From an uncultured Desulfospira sp. (lineage in GTDB: Bacteria > Desulfobacterota > Desulfobacteria > Desulfobacterales > Desulfobacteraceae), in assembly GCA_963663165.1 (NCBI GenBank), contig OY760175.1:2080001-2144000 (forward strand): DNA of 64,000 bases. The letters run 5' to 3'. How positions within the stretch are numbered: position 1 is the first letter of the stretch; the number at the start of each line of letters is the position of its first letter. The notes beneath the pieces are model-generated. The model worked only from the letters and a program-made list of their open reading frames with translations, searched no databases and was not told the origin of the DNA. The translations under genes were made by a program, and so were the position numbers. Positions 53,516-63,499 of the stretch are shown piece after piece.

Positions 53516-55411
53516 TTATCCGGTCGGCCTGTATTCTGGTATCATTTCCTTCATAAGGGACCGGATTCCTGCCCCATCCCGGTCCTTTGCTTTCTCCTTG
53601 AGGAGGGAAAGCTTCCCGTTCAGCACCTCCGGATTCAAGCAGCTGGTGTTCAGCACCATAATTTTTTTATGGCCGGTGGGAACCACATCTTCTATATCCG
53701 TCATCAACTCTTCATACAATTTTTCCCCTGGCCGAAGGCCGGTATATTCAATTTTAATATCACCATCAGGTTCAAATCCGGAGAATCGAATCAAATCCCT
53801 AGCCATATTATCAATATTAATAGGCTCTCCCATTTCCAGAAGAAAAATCTCGCCGCCATTTCCCATGGCACCGGCCTGAAGTATCAGCTGACAGGCTTCA
53901 GGAATAAGCATAAAGAACCTTACAATATCCGGATGAGTAACCGTTACCGGCCCCCCTTCTGCAATCTGCTTTTTAAATAAGGGAATCACACTGCCCACAC
54001 TTCCAATCACATTCCCGAACCTCACCGTCATAAAAGAGGTGCCGCTATTGCCGTCGGCACAGCCAATCTCCTGAACCAGCAATTCTGCAATCCGCTTACT
54101 TGTTCCCATGACATTGGTGGGATTGACCGCTTTATCCGTAGAAACAAAAACAAATTTGTCGCATTTAAATGCCTTGGAGACTTCAATAAGATTTTTTGTG
54201 CCGAAAACATTATTTTCCACAGCTTTCCAAGGGTGTTCCTCCAGCATGGGCACATGTTTATAGGCCGCAGCATGAAAAACGATCTCCGGCTGAAGCTGAT
54301 GAAACACCTTGTCGAGTTCTTCTCTGTTCTGAATATCACCCAGGACAGGAACCACCTCAATATTTTGAAAATTCTTCTTTAGCTCAAGGTCAATTTCATA
54401 CAACGGGCTTTCCGCCCTTTCAAAAAGAATGATTTTCTCAGGAGAATACCTGCAGATCTGCCGGCACAGCCCAGTTCCGATGGACCCGCCTGCCCCTGTT
54501 ACAAGCACCCGCTTGCCGCCAAGATATTTTCCTATCTGCTCCTGATCCAGTTTTACCGGTTCTCTTCCCAAAAGGTCCCTGTATTCAACCTTTCTGATGG
54601 AGGTAACATCAATCTTTCCATTGATCAATTCCCCTAAATTGGGAATGGTCTTAAAATCCACATCAGCCTTTTTACACAACCCGACAATCTGCCTCATCCG
54701 GTCTGCACCCAGGCTTGGGATCGCAATAATAACATCTTCAGCTCCGGACAATTTGACGGTCTGTCCCAGATTTTCAATCGTATTCAAAACTGACACGCCA
54801 TGTATCTTTCTGCCAATCTTTGAAGGGTCGTCATCCAGAAACCCTAAAACACGGGATTTCACAGAAGGGTTCTCTTTAAACTCTCTGCACACTTTTTGCC
54901 CGTAATCTCCTGCCCCAATGATCAAAGTTCCTTTGAGGTCTCCAACATTCTTCTTTCTGAACACCTTGAATAAGGCATATTTTACATCCTGAAGTGTAAT
55001 TTTTTCTGTAAATTCTTCAAAACATAAACGTACAGACAACCGCAGGCTTGAAATAAAAAATACAGTAAGATAAAAGTCGATAACAAATACCGACCTGGAA
55101 ATGTCTTCAAACCTGGTCAGATATAAAACCAAGGCAATTATAATGAACATTGCAACAATTGAAGCCTTTGCAATGCTAATCAAATCATTGAGGCTTGTAT
55201 ATCGCCACATCCCCCTATACAAATCAAAAAAATAAAAGCACAAAATCTTGCACAGGATAATATATGGAAGGAAGTGTAAAAAACTTTTATAAACCCATTG
55301 ACTTTGGACAAAATCATATCGAATCAAATGAGCCAGATAAAATGAACTCCCCCATAAAATAATATCAAGCAGCAAAACAATGAATAAATTTCTTGATATC
55401 CTAATTCTCAT
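53516..55411 (-). CDS. Membrane-bound UDP-GlcNAc 4,6-dehydratase (PglF/CapD/WbpM family)
   Basis: Four TM, IIGAG, LLGR, GAGGSIG, HAAAYKHVP, STDKAVNP, RFGNV.GS, GLRPGEKLYEEL. Confidence 0.93.
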   Translation of the reverse strand: MRIRISRNLFIVLLLDIILWGSSFYLAHLIRYDFVQSQWVYKSFLHFLPYIILCKILCFYFFDLYRGMWRYTSLNDLISIAKASIVAMFIIIALVLYLTRFEDISRSVFVIDFYLTVFFISSLRLSVRLCFEEFTEKITLQDVKYALFKVFRKKNVGDLKGTLIIGAGDYGQKVCREFKENPSVKSRVLGFLDDDPSKIGRKIHGVSVLNTIENLGQTVKLSGAEDVIIAIPSLGADRMRQIVGLCKKADVDFKTIPNLGELINGKIDVTSIRKVEYRDLLGREPVKLDQEQIGKYLGGKRVLVTGAGGSIGTGLCRQICRYSPEKIILFERAESPLYEIDLELKKNFQNIEVVPVLGDIQNREELDKVFHQLQPEIVFHAAAYKHVPMLEEHPWKAVENNVFGTKNLIEVSKAFKCDKFVFVSTDKAVNPTNVMGTSKRIAELLVQEIGCADGNSGTSFMTVRFGNVIGSVGSVIPLFKKQIAEGGPVTVTHPDIVRFFMLIPEACQLILQAGAMGNGGEIFLLEMGEPINIDNMARDLIRFSGFEPDGDIKIEYTGLRPGEKLYEELMTDIEDVVPTGHKKIMVLNTSCLNPEVLNGKLSLLKEKAKDRDGAGIRSLMKEMIPEYRPTG

Positions 55412-55478
55412 TACTTAACCCTAAAAAACATTTCGAATCCACTTCGTATATAAACTACTATGTTGTAAAATATACGGA

Positions 55479-57023
55479 TCACTTTTTCACCCGATCTCCG
55501 GCCCCTTTGCCAGAAACTGTCATAAGAATATAATGAAAATACTTTTTAACAGAAAAATCCTTCAGCATTTTCTGATCAGTTTCAGCCAGTAACATTGGTG
55601 TTGACATATCTATTTTATTTACTTGAGCCAAGCCAGTGATCCCGGGACGGACGTTAAAAACCCCCCTTGCAGACCGCGTCTGAATCAATTCAAACTGATT
55701 TAACAAACACGGTCGGGGGCCTACGAGGCTCATCTCACCTTTAAGAACGTTCCAAAGCTGAGGCAGCTCATCCAATTTGGTACAGCGCAGGAAATGTCCG
55801 AACTTCGTTATTGAAGAAACACTGGCCAAATGGCTTGCGACCGAAGCAGTATCTAACTTCATAGTACGAAATTTAATCAAGACAAAAGGCTTCTTTCCCT
55901 TACCGACTCGTTTCTGACGAAAAATTGGATATCCAGTGTCCAAAAGTCCAATAATAAGCAACAAAAGAAGGAGAGGAGAGCTTAAAATGATACCAACTGC
56001 GGAAAATCCAATATCAAGAAAACGAATAATTTTAATCTCTTCATACGCCTTACTTGCCAACATATCAGCAACACAACACCTAAGTCCATCATTAACGGAA
56101 ATAGGCGGCTCCCAGCCCAGAAGATCCCGGGCCTTGCTGATATCAATTTGTAATGAGCCCAGCAAACGTTGGGCAACAGCCTGCTTCCCCATTAACAATG
56201 CCCCAAGATCCAATAATTTAGCAGGCACCGGGATCAAACGGGCCTGTTTGTTTATGGCTTTGCCAATACGGTATAGCAGATCAGTAGTCGACAAGTCTTT
56301 GCCATCAGAAACGAGGAACACCTGGTTGGCGGCAGCAGGATGATCAATGCAGGTGATAATAAAATCGATAAGATTCCTCAGCGCTATCAGACTACGTTTA
56401 TTATGAACAGCCCCCAAAGGCAATGGGATGCCTTTATCAAGCCACTGGATTATGCTTTGGAAATTCCCCTTAACATTCGGGCCGTAAACCAATGGTGGCC
56501 GTATAACAGTAATCTCCATATCCCAATCATCTGCCATTTTAAACAATTCATTTTCTGCCTCTAATTTCGATATTCCATAAGGACCTTGGGGCTCAGGAGA
56601 CATATCCTCTGTAAAGGGGGTGCCTGGTTGTGAGAATTCACCATTTACTTTAATTGTACTTATGAAAATAAACCGTTGAACCCCCATCTTGGCAGCTTGA
56701 CGGGCCAATGAAATTGTTCCGGCGGCATTGACTCTGCGAAATTCCGATAAAGGGTCTTTTGAAGGATCTTTCATAACGTGAACCCTTGCTGCAGTATGGA
56801 TAATCACATCAATATTTTCCAAGACCTGCTTCCAATCTGTTTCCTCACTTAACTCACGCGTGTTGTGAATGCTGACGCCTTCAATATTTATCTGCCCCGC
56901 GCCTCTGCTCGTACCACGGACATTATAGTCTCCGCTTTGCGATAATACTTTGGCAAGAGCGCTTCCTATGAACCCCGTTGTTCCGGTTATCAAAATATCC
57001 AGTTTTTCTTTCCCGTTTTGCAT
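55479..57023 (-). CDS. Fusion of NAD-dependent epimerase/4-reductase (WbpV/WbpK-like) and small phosphoglycosyltransferase (PglC-like)
   Basis: N-terminal GTTGFIG, AARVH, YGISK, RPPLVYG; C-terminal FRQKRVG, KFRTM, KLDELPQL.NVL.GEMSLVGPRP, RPGITGLAQV in one frame. Start approximate. Confidence 0.85.
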   Translation of the reverse strand: MQNGKEKLDILITGTTGFIGSALAKVLSQSGDYNVRGTSRGAGQINIEGVSIHNTRELSEETDWKQVLENIDVIIHTAARVHVMKDPSKDPLSEFRRVNAAGTISLARQAAKMGVQRFIFISTIKVNGEFSQPGTPFTEDMSPEPQGPYGISKLEAENELFKMADDWDMEITVIRPPLVYGPNVKGNFQSIIQWLDKGIPLPLGAVHNKRSLIALRNLIDFIITCIDHPAAANQVFLVSDGKDLSTTDLLYRIGKAINKQARLIPVPAKLLDLGALLMGKQAVAQRLLGSLQIDISKARDLLGWEPPISVNDGLRCCVADMLASKAYEEIKIIRFLDIGFSAVGIILSSPLLLLLLIIGLLDTGYPIFRQKRVGKGKKPFVLIKFRTMKLDTASVASHLASVSSITKFGHFLRCTKLDELPQLWNVLKGEMSLVGPRPCLLNQFELIQTRSARGVFNVRPGITGLAQVNKIDMSTPMLLAETDQKMLKDFSVKKYFHYILMTVSGKGAGDRVKK

Positions 57024-57039
57024 AGATTCCAAAGTCTTC

Positions 57040-57530
57040 TTATCGAAATATATATTTAACATCATCCGGTTGTTCCGTTGGATTCATACCCTTTGGTGCC
57101 TGAGTAGAACCACAAAGCCGCTGTAAAATATTACAGTAGTAAACTAACCCCGCATAGCCAAATAGTCCACCATGAAAAATTTGCGAAATAAAAAATCCAG
57201 ATGATAGAGAAACATAGGTAGAGATGATAACTTGATCATTTATATGAAAGAATCTGCAGCCTGCTGTAATTCTTTCATGATTTGTTGTGGGCCGAATGGG
57301 ATTAATAATCCACGCGGCCCATGGCCGTTAGTTACCATCAGTCTCCTTGCCTTAATCATTTGAACAACCAAATAAAGCATGACCAAAGGTATGCAGCCGC
57401 ATAAAAGATACCACTCTCAATTGCCATCTGCAGAAAACCGTTGTGAAATTTTCCAGGAAGATCCGGGAAGGTCATGATAAGCAAGATTGTACTTTTTCTG
57501 GTATGAATCTGGTTGTCTCATTTTCCAGTG
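57040..57530 (-). pseudogene. Decayed 3' fragment of an O-antigen ligase/Wzy_C family gene
   Basis: HNGFLQMAIESG encoded at 57445-57410, followed by hydrophobic segments across frameshifts; interrupted by the family A repeat. Confidence 0.65.
57241..57332. repeat. Family A two-hairpin repeat, diverged copy 4
   Basis: Same termini and linker (TATATGAAAG, CTTTCAT, ATTTGTTGTGGGC, CGGCCC.TGGCCGTTAGT) with different stem interiors. Confidence 0.85.
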
Positions 57531-57579
57531 CGCTTATGGACCAGAACCATTGGTCAAGCGGTGTTTTTCTTAATGGTAA

Positions 57580-59037
57580 CTACTCACCCCGGTCAAAATC
57601 GACACCGGGGATTTCACCTGCCAAAGCAAGCTGAATGGCAACAAGAGGATTCACGCCTTTGTTTGCCATGGTTTGCAGGTAGCTTGAAATTCGACAATAA
57701 GCATGAGCATATTGCTGACATCGAAAACAACCTGATATTTTCTGTTTTACCTTTGCCATCCGAAGATCGCGTTCTGCCCGATTATTAGTGAATGGAACAT
57801 ATGGGTCCTTGGCAAACAGCAAAACGGCCGCTTCATTATTTTTAAGCCTTTCCCACAAATTATGGGCATCTGATTTGGCCATTTTACCGCGTTTGCCTTT
57901 TGGTTTTGGCGGGATTTCCGGCAGCTCTTTATCACCTCGTGTAAGAATGTTACGGAATCGTTTTTGCAAATTAGCGTATTCTTTATCTGCCAAACACTTT
58001 TCTTCCCGCTTTGCTACTTTATGACAAGTTTCCTGTAAAAGCTTTTTCATATTAGCAGCCCACCTGTACTGATTGGATTCAACAATAAATGTCAGTTCCC
58101 TCAATAGATGGGAACCACAAAGTCCATGTCCACAATGATCGTACGACAGGTATGATGCCCAGCAATCGTGGATTATTACCCCGCCATAGCGGGGAATAAT
58201 ATTCAAATCGACTATCGCCTCCTTGCCTCGCTTTCGGTGAAGTAGCTTCAAGGTGGTGCCTCCGGAGGAATACACATGTATCCAGTGATTTTTTCGATCC
58301 ACCCGAAAGGATGTCTCGTCAACATGAATTGATGGGGCCTGAAGAATGTCTTCTATCGATTTGACCTCCCACCTTTCAAGTGCTTGATAAAGTCGCCAGA
58401 CAAACTTTAGAAGGGTTGCTTCTGAAATTACCACACCGATCATTGCAGAAATCTGCTTTTGAACTCGGTTGAGTGCAACCATTTGGCTGATGATCAAGTG
58501 AATGACAAATGCTTTGAGTCCATTCCCATATTGCAGAGGGCCTGGCATATCCTCTGGAAATTGTCCTTTGACCGTCGTGTTACAGTTGGGGCACTCTTTG
58601 ATTTCGGCATCAACATGATCCACGACTTTTTCAAAAATGATATCTATTTTGGTACGCCGCTCATATCCCTGGCAGGGTGCTTGATCAAGCGGCTGACCAC
58701 ATACATTACATGTTACAGCTTGCGCAACGGTGACGGTTGATTTTGTGCGGGCATTGCTAAGCTTACCGCTGACCTCTTTGCCCTTTCCTTTATTTCCAGG
58801 ATCTGATTTGGAGGTCTCATCCTTAGATGTTTGTGAAGACGGTAGACTTGAGTTTTTGTTATCTTTGCGGGTCTTTTTCTCAAGGAAGATAGATAGTATC
58901 AATTCCACAATAAGGAGCATGCTGTTCATCAGAGCCCGCATCTCAGGAGATACTTTGCCCTCAGCACAAAGATTTTCAAAATCCTTTTTTAGACGGGCTA
59001 TTTCTTCCCGAACACTATTTTTATCTACCGTTGCCAT
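57580..59037 (-). CDS. IS66 family transposase
   Basis: NSSLPSS, CxxC...CxxC zinc finger, VDET, IHD, C.SHLLRE, FTNN.AERDLR..KV.QKISG. Confidence 0.95.
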   Translation of the reverse strand: MATVDKNSVREEIARLKKDFENLCAEGKVSPEMRALMNSMLLIVELILSIFLEKKTRKDNKNSSLPSSQTSKDETSKSDPGNKGKGKEVSGKLSNARTKSTVTVAQAVTCNVCGQPLDQAPCQGYERRTKIDIIFEKVVDHVDAEIKECPNCNTTVKGQFPEDMPGPLQYGNGLKAFVIHLIISQMVALNRVQKQISAMIGVVISEATLLKFVWRLYQALERWEVKSIEDILQAPSIHVDETSFRVDRKNHWIHVYSSGGTTLKLLHRKRGKEAIVDLNIIPRYGGVIIHDCWASYLSYDHCGHGLCGSHLLRELTFIVESNQYRWAANMKKLLQETCHKVAKREEKCLADKEYANLQKRFRNILTRGDKELPEIPPKPKGKRGKMAKSDAHNLWERLKNNEAAVLLFAKDPYVPFTNNRAERDLRMAKVKQKISGCFRCQQYAHAYCRISSYLQTMANKGVNPLVAIQLALAGEIPGVDFDRGE

Positions 59038-59266
59038 GTCAGCATTATAACACGGGTTTTTGGCGGCTCGAGATTTGCTCTATAGCGGATTTTCTATGTA
59101 TTCGGCATCATCTGTCATGATTTTACGGTAAATTTCTGGATAAATAAGCGCCAGCATGCTTTAACAAAGGATTTGGTGACCATTTAAAAAATTTTAAAAT
59201 TGACCTCAAAAAACCTGTCAAGTCTTTTTTTTAAATTTTTACATTTTTTTATGGGGTGAGTAGTTA

Positions 59267-61144
59267 GTGCCTGACCGGAAACCCCGATTTTGAAATTTTC
59301 AGGGGGTCGATGTTTGACAAAACCTTAAATCTTTGTTGTTCCTGTCATCACAAACCGGGAGAAATGCTTCCATCTCTGCCGGTTTTCGGCAACTTTCTCC
59401 TTTTCCGGACGCAACTGTAGTGTTTGCCGTGTTTTTTTTAAGCAATGGCCTGTTTTAAGCTGCTTTGCGCTGTTCAGACCCTTGCAGCTTTTTTAATCCC
59501 TTTTGTTGTATGTGATGCCCGATGATCTGGAGATTTCTTGCCAAAACCGACAGGCTCACATACCTCTTAAACCCTTGAATGCCATGATCCGGGCATCTGT
59601 CAAGACCATGATTTTCCAGTCCGTTTATGGCAGATTCCACCGCTGAATGTTTTCTTTTAAAACGAATGAAATCTTCCGCTGTTTCTTCTTCATATTCCGC
59701 CTTGTTGCATCTGCCTTTTTTCGGAAGCACCAAAATATCCAATCTGCCCTTCAGGTCCTTTTTGTTGCCTGGAGAGTAAAACCCTTTATCAAAACTGCAT
59801 CCTTTGAGATCAGAAAATTTGCTTTGTGCCAATGTTACCATCGCAACGGCGACTTTATCATCGGTTTCTTTCTCCATCACCCGGTGGTGCAGGATAAAGC
59901 CATATTGGTCCTCCAGGATACATACCCGCAAGCCCAATTCCTGGGGAACACCGGCCTTGCCTTTTGAAATCCACTCCGTGTGGGGTTCGAAAATCGAAAA
60001 AATCTTGTCTTCATGGGGGATCTTTTCATCCTGTAACACCCGGCGTTTGATCAAATCAATTTGCCAAAGTGCGTAGTTGATATATGTTTGTAATTCTTCA
60101 GCTCGGGCTGCACATATAATATCGGATGCCGGTATCATTTCCACGGTCAATCGCGCCTTTTGAATATATTTTTCAGCAAGCTTGATATATGCTGTATGGG
60201 CATCCATAATTTGCTGGACTCTTTTGGCCTTTTTCTTTTCATCCTTTGATGTGGAATGTTTCAAACGCTGGACTATTCGATAAAGCTTTTTAAATGCTTT
60301 AATATTATACGCTGATTGCCGCCACATACTCGTTCCAATGTCCTGGCTGATAATAGCGGCAATTTGAATCATTTTTCGGACTGCATCAAAAAGCAGGTTG
60401 ATATCTGTGGGATAATGAACATTGGTTTCTACAACGAATGAATCACACCGCCCAATCAAGGCTCCATCGTCCGAAGTTTTTTTTTCATCAGAAGTTTATG
60501 GCCTTCTTGCACAACCAGAGTGTTGATTTTGTCAAGAATATCTGGGGTCATAAGCCTGACATTATCTTTCAGGGTCTGAAGGGGGTAGGCGATATCATTG
60601 TCCATCATGCCATGCCCCAGCATCTGCCTTATTGTTTTGTGGTTGTTCACCATTTCCTGGAGTTTATCATAATCCCAATTGCAATTGAGCCGAATGACGC
60701 CCATTACAAGGATCTTCCACAGGTCCATACCGGGACGTCCATTTTTAGAATCGGTACTTTCTGGGATCATGTCCGTGAGGATATCAAAAACTTTTTGTCG
60801 AAGACTCTGGTCGCAATAGATATGTTGGAGTCCCAAAAGAAGTTTGGGGATTTCATCCCTGGCTCTCATATCAATTTTAATTTGATCGATAGGGGTCTGC
60901 CCGAATGTCATCTGTAGTTCAAAAATTTTACGCAAAACGACCTCGAAGTTCTGATGGAATGTTGAAGTTTGAATTACTATTGGCTTGTCTCACAAAACAT
61001 AAATCCTATATAATTTTATAGGGTTAGATTAACATAGTAATTAGTAAAAAGCAACAAGTAATTCATATCACAACAGAAACTTCAAACGAATTTCAGCCCA
61101 GATACCCCTGGAAAATATGATGGTTCCAATTTCCGGTCAGGCAC
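59267..61144 (-). mobile_element. Insertion sequence with DDE transposase (IS5-like/ISNCY type)
   Basis: Perfect 15 bp TIR GTGCCTGACCGGAAA / TTTCCGGTCAGGCAC; TAGTTA duplicated at 59261-59266 and 61145-61150. Confidence 0.92.
59455..60935 (-). CDS. DDE transposase split into two ORFs (60935-60456 and 60459-59455) joined by a -1 shift at an A9 run
   Basis: ORF1 has GRPGM.LW..LV; ORF2 has DSFVVETNVHYPTD, KGK, DKGF, R.HSAVESAI; ATG AAA AAA AAA C with the A9 at 60485-60477. Confidence 0.85.
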
Positions 61145-62367
61145 TAGTTACTCTTAATGATCGATTTCATCCACCCTTCCAGACGATCAATTAATTTCTT
61201 TCGATCAAACTCATTCACTGCAAATTGCTTTCCATTCGTCCCCATCTGGCATCTTTTTTCGTCAGGCAGCTCAGACATTTCCGTAACCGCAACAGCAAGC
61301 CCTGTCCCATCTCCTGCCCGGCATACAATCCCTGCGCCGGTTTCTTTTAAAATCGAGGCACCCTCGCCGTCCAACATACCAATGATCGGGAGTCCAAACA
61401 TCAAATATGATTGAAGTTTTCCAGGAATCGTCAATGACATAAACGGATCCGGTTTAAGTGATACCAGCAGCGCCTGGGCATGTTTATAAAAAGAAGGCAT
61501 CCGATCAACGGGGAATCGGCCTGCCAAAAGAAACGATTTATCGACTTTTCTTTTTTTAACCTCATCCTTTAACCATTCACTCTTGCGACCGGATCCAACA
61601 ATCAGCCATCGAATTTTTTCATTATCCTTTAAACTCTCCGCCGCATCCAAGATGGCACCAAAATCCTGGGCCTCCCCAATATTTCCTGCGAACATCAGGT
61701 TAAATCGGTCCGGCTCAAAGGGTATTTCGGGTGCAGGGCTGGTGCCTGGTTCTTGAAAAACAGACTCTGCCCAACTTGGGAAATATTTTATCTTTGTCTC
61801 ATCAGGGCAGTACCTTGCGATTTGCTTTAGAAATCCCTTTGATTGTCCAAGAATCAAATCACAATTTTTATAAATAAATCCCACCATCTTCCCGACTACA
61901 CCCAACAAAAATGGTGCTTTCACAGCATTGACGGCAGACAATGTTTCAGGCCACAAATCCAAAACCCAAAATACAATCGGGACTTTTTTAATCTTTTTTA
62001 AAACAACTGCAGGCAATCCAACCGTTACTGGCGATGGTTCAAAAACAAAAATAACATCAAACTTTTGTCTTCTTAATTTCCATGTACCGAAAACCGCCGC
62101 AAAAATAACGAAACTCAAATAATTCAATAATAGGCGGATTCCCCCTTTTCCTCGTGGAAACAAAGGCACCCTTATAACTTCGACGGATTGATATGTTGTG
62201 AATGCTTTCGGATTTTTGCGAAACTCAGGATAAACTTTTCCTACCGGGTAGTTAGGAATACCTGTAAGAACGGTTATTTCATGCCCCCTCTTAACAAACT
62301 CCTGAACTAAATCATTGACACGAAAGTTTTCCGGCCAGAAATATTGGGAGACAACTAAAATGCGCAT
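61144..62367 (-). CDS. GT4 glycosyltransferase (WbuB/CapL-like), last residues replaced by IS sequence
   Basis: MRILVVSQYFWPE, PNYP.G, DLWPE, FAGNIG.AQ, P.KLQSY..G.PI. Confidence 0.9.
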   Translation of the reverse strand: MRILVVSQYFWPENFRVNDLVQEFVKRGHEITVLTGIPNYPVGKVYPEFRKNPKAFTTYQSVEVIRVPLFPRGKGGIRLLLNYLSFVIFAAVFGTWKLRRQKFDVIFVFEPSPVTVGLPAVVLKKIKKVPIVFWVLDLWPETLSAVNAVKAPFLLGVVGKMVGFIYKNCDLILGQSKGFLKQIARYCPDETKIKYFPSWAESVFQEPGTSPAPEIPFEPDRFNLMFAGNIGEAQDFGAILDAAESLKDNEKIRWLIVGSGRKSEWLKDEVKKRKVDKSFLLAGRFPVDRMPSFYKHAQALLVSLKPDPFMSLTIPGKLQSYLMFGLPIIGMLDGEGASILKETGAGIVCRAGDGTGLAVAVTEMSELPDEKRCQMGTNGKQFAVNEFDRKKLIDRLEGWMKSIIKSN

Positions 62368-62371
62368 TAAA

Positions 62372-63499
62372 CTATGCCCGCCAGACAACTCGTTTGATAT
62401 AATCCGTATAACTTAGAATGATTCTAAGGACCTTGTCAGAAACATTTGGCATTGCGTAGTCTGAAACTTTGCGCAATAACCGTTCCTTCCCCCGCGGCTG
62501 ATCAGCCAAAATTTCAAGCCCTTGCATAACCCTTGCTACAGACAAACCTGTCATCATTACAGCAGCCTCCTCCATTCCCTCGGGACGCTCATGGGCCTCA
62601 CGGATATTTAACGCCGGGAAATTCAGTATGGAAGATTCCTCCGTTATTGTACCGCTATCAGACAAGACAGCTTTTGCATTTACCTGGAGGTTCACATAAT
62701 CTAAAAACCCAAGGGGCTTAAGAATTCGTACGTGGTCATGAACTCTGATATTCTTTTGTTCAAAACGGGCTCTTGTTCTTGGATGAGCCGACATAACAAC
62801 CGGCATGTCGTGTTGCCCCGCAACTTCATTGATAATATCAGCTAGTTTCTCCAGGTGATCATCTGAATCCACGTTTTCTTCCCTATGAGCGCTCACCACA
62901 AAATACTTTTCTTCCTTGAGCCCTAATTTTTGGATCACACCAGATTTGCTTATATCGTCCTGATAGTAGCTAATCACCTCATTCATAGGACTTCCCGTTT
63001 TAATGACCCGATCAGCAGGAAGCCCTTCCCTTAAAAGGTATTCCCTGGCAATATCACTATAGGTCATATTAAGATCTGCTATGTGATCAACAATCTTTCT
63101 ATTTGTTTCTTCCGGGACTCTCTGATCAAAACAGCGATTGCCGGCTTCCATATGGAATATTGGTATCTTTCTTCGCTTTGCAGGAATACAGGCAAGGCAG
63201 CTGTTTGTATCCCCAAGCACTAACAAGGCTTCAGGACGCACTTTTTCCATTATCCCATCGGCATCAATAATTATATTTCCTATCGTTAATACGGGACTGC
63301 CCTTTGCTGAATTTAAGTAAAAATCCGGTTTCCGGATGCCAAGATCTTTAAAAAAGATTTCATTAAGCTCATAATCATAATTTTGCCCTGTGTGGACCAG
63401 AATATGGTCGCAGTATTGATCCAATTTTGCCAACACCCGGGACAGTCTTATGATCTCAGGACGGGTACCAACAACCGTCATGATCTTTATTTTTTTCAT
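62372..63499 (-). CDS. Non-hydrolysing UDP-N-acetylhexosamine 2-epimerase (FnlC/WbjD/CapG type)
   Basis: GTRPEIIRL, HTGQNYD, LGDTNS, HMEAGNRCFD, HREEN, SDSGT, ERPE. Confidence 0.92.
   Translation of the reverse strand: MKKIKIMTVVGTRPEIIRLSRVLAKLDQYCDHILVHTGQNYDYELNEIFFKDLGIRKPDFYLNSAKGSPVLTIGNIIIDADGIMEKVRPEALLVLGDTNSCLACIPAKRRKIPIFHMEAGNRCFDQRVPEETNRKIVDHIADLNMTYSDIAREYLLREGLPADRVIKTGSPMNEVISYYQDDISKSGVIQKLGLKEEKYFVVSAHREENVDSDDHLEKLADIINEVAGQHDMPVVMSAHPRTRARFEQKNIRVHDHVRILKPLGFLDYVNLQVNAKAVLSDSGTITEESSILNFPALNIREAHERPEGMEEAAVMMTGLSVARVMQGLEILADQPRGKERLLRKVSDYAMPNVSDKVLRIILSYTDYIKRVVWRA

Larger units (their letters stand above)
57576..61151 (-). mobile_element. IS66-family element (single-ORF type) with a second IS nested in its upstream terminal repeat
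   Basis: TIR GTAACTACTCACCCC (57576-57590); partner GGGGTGAGTAGTTA (59253-59266) completed by C at 61151; 8 bp target duplication TCTTAATG at 57568-57575 and 61152-61159. Confidence 0.93.
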
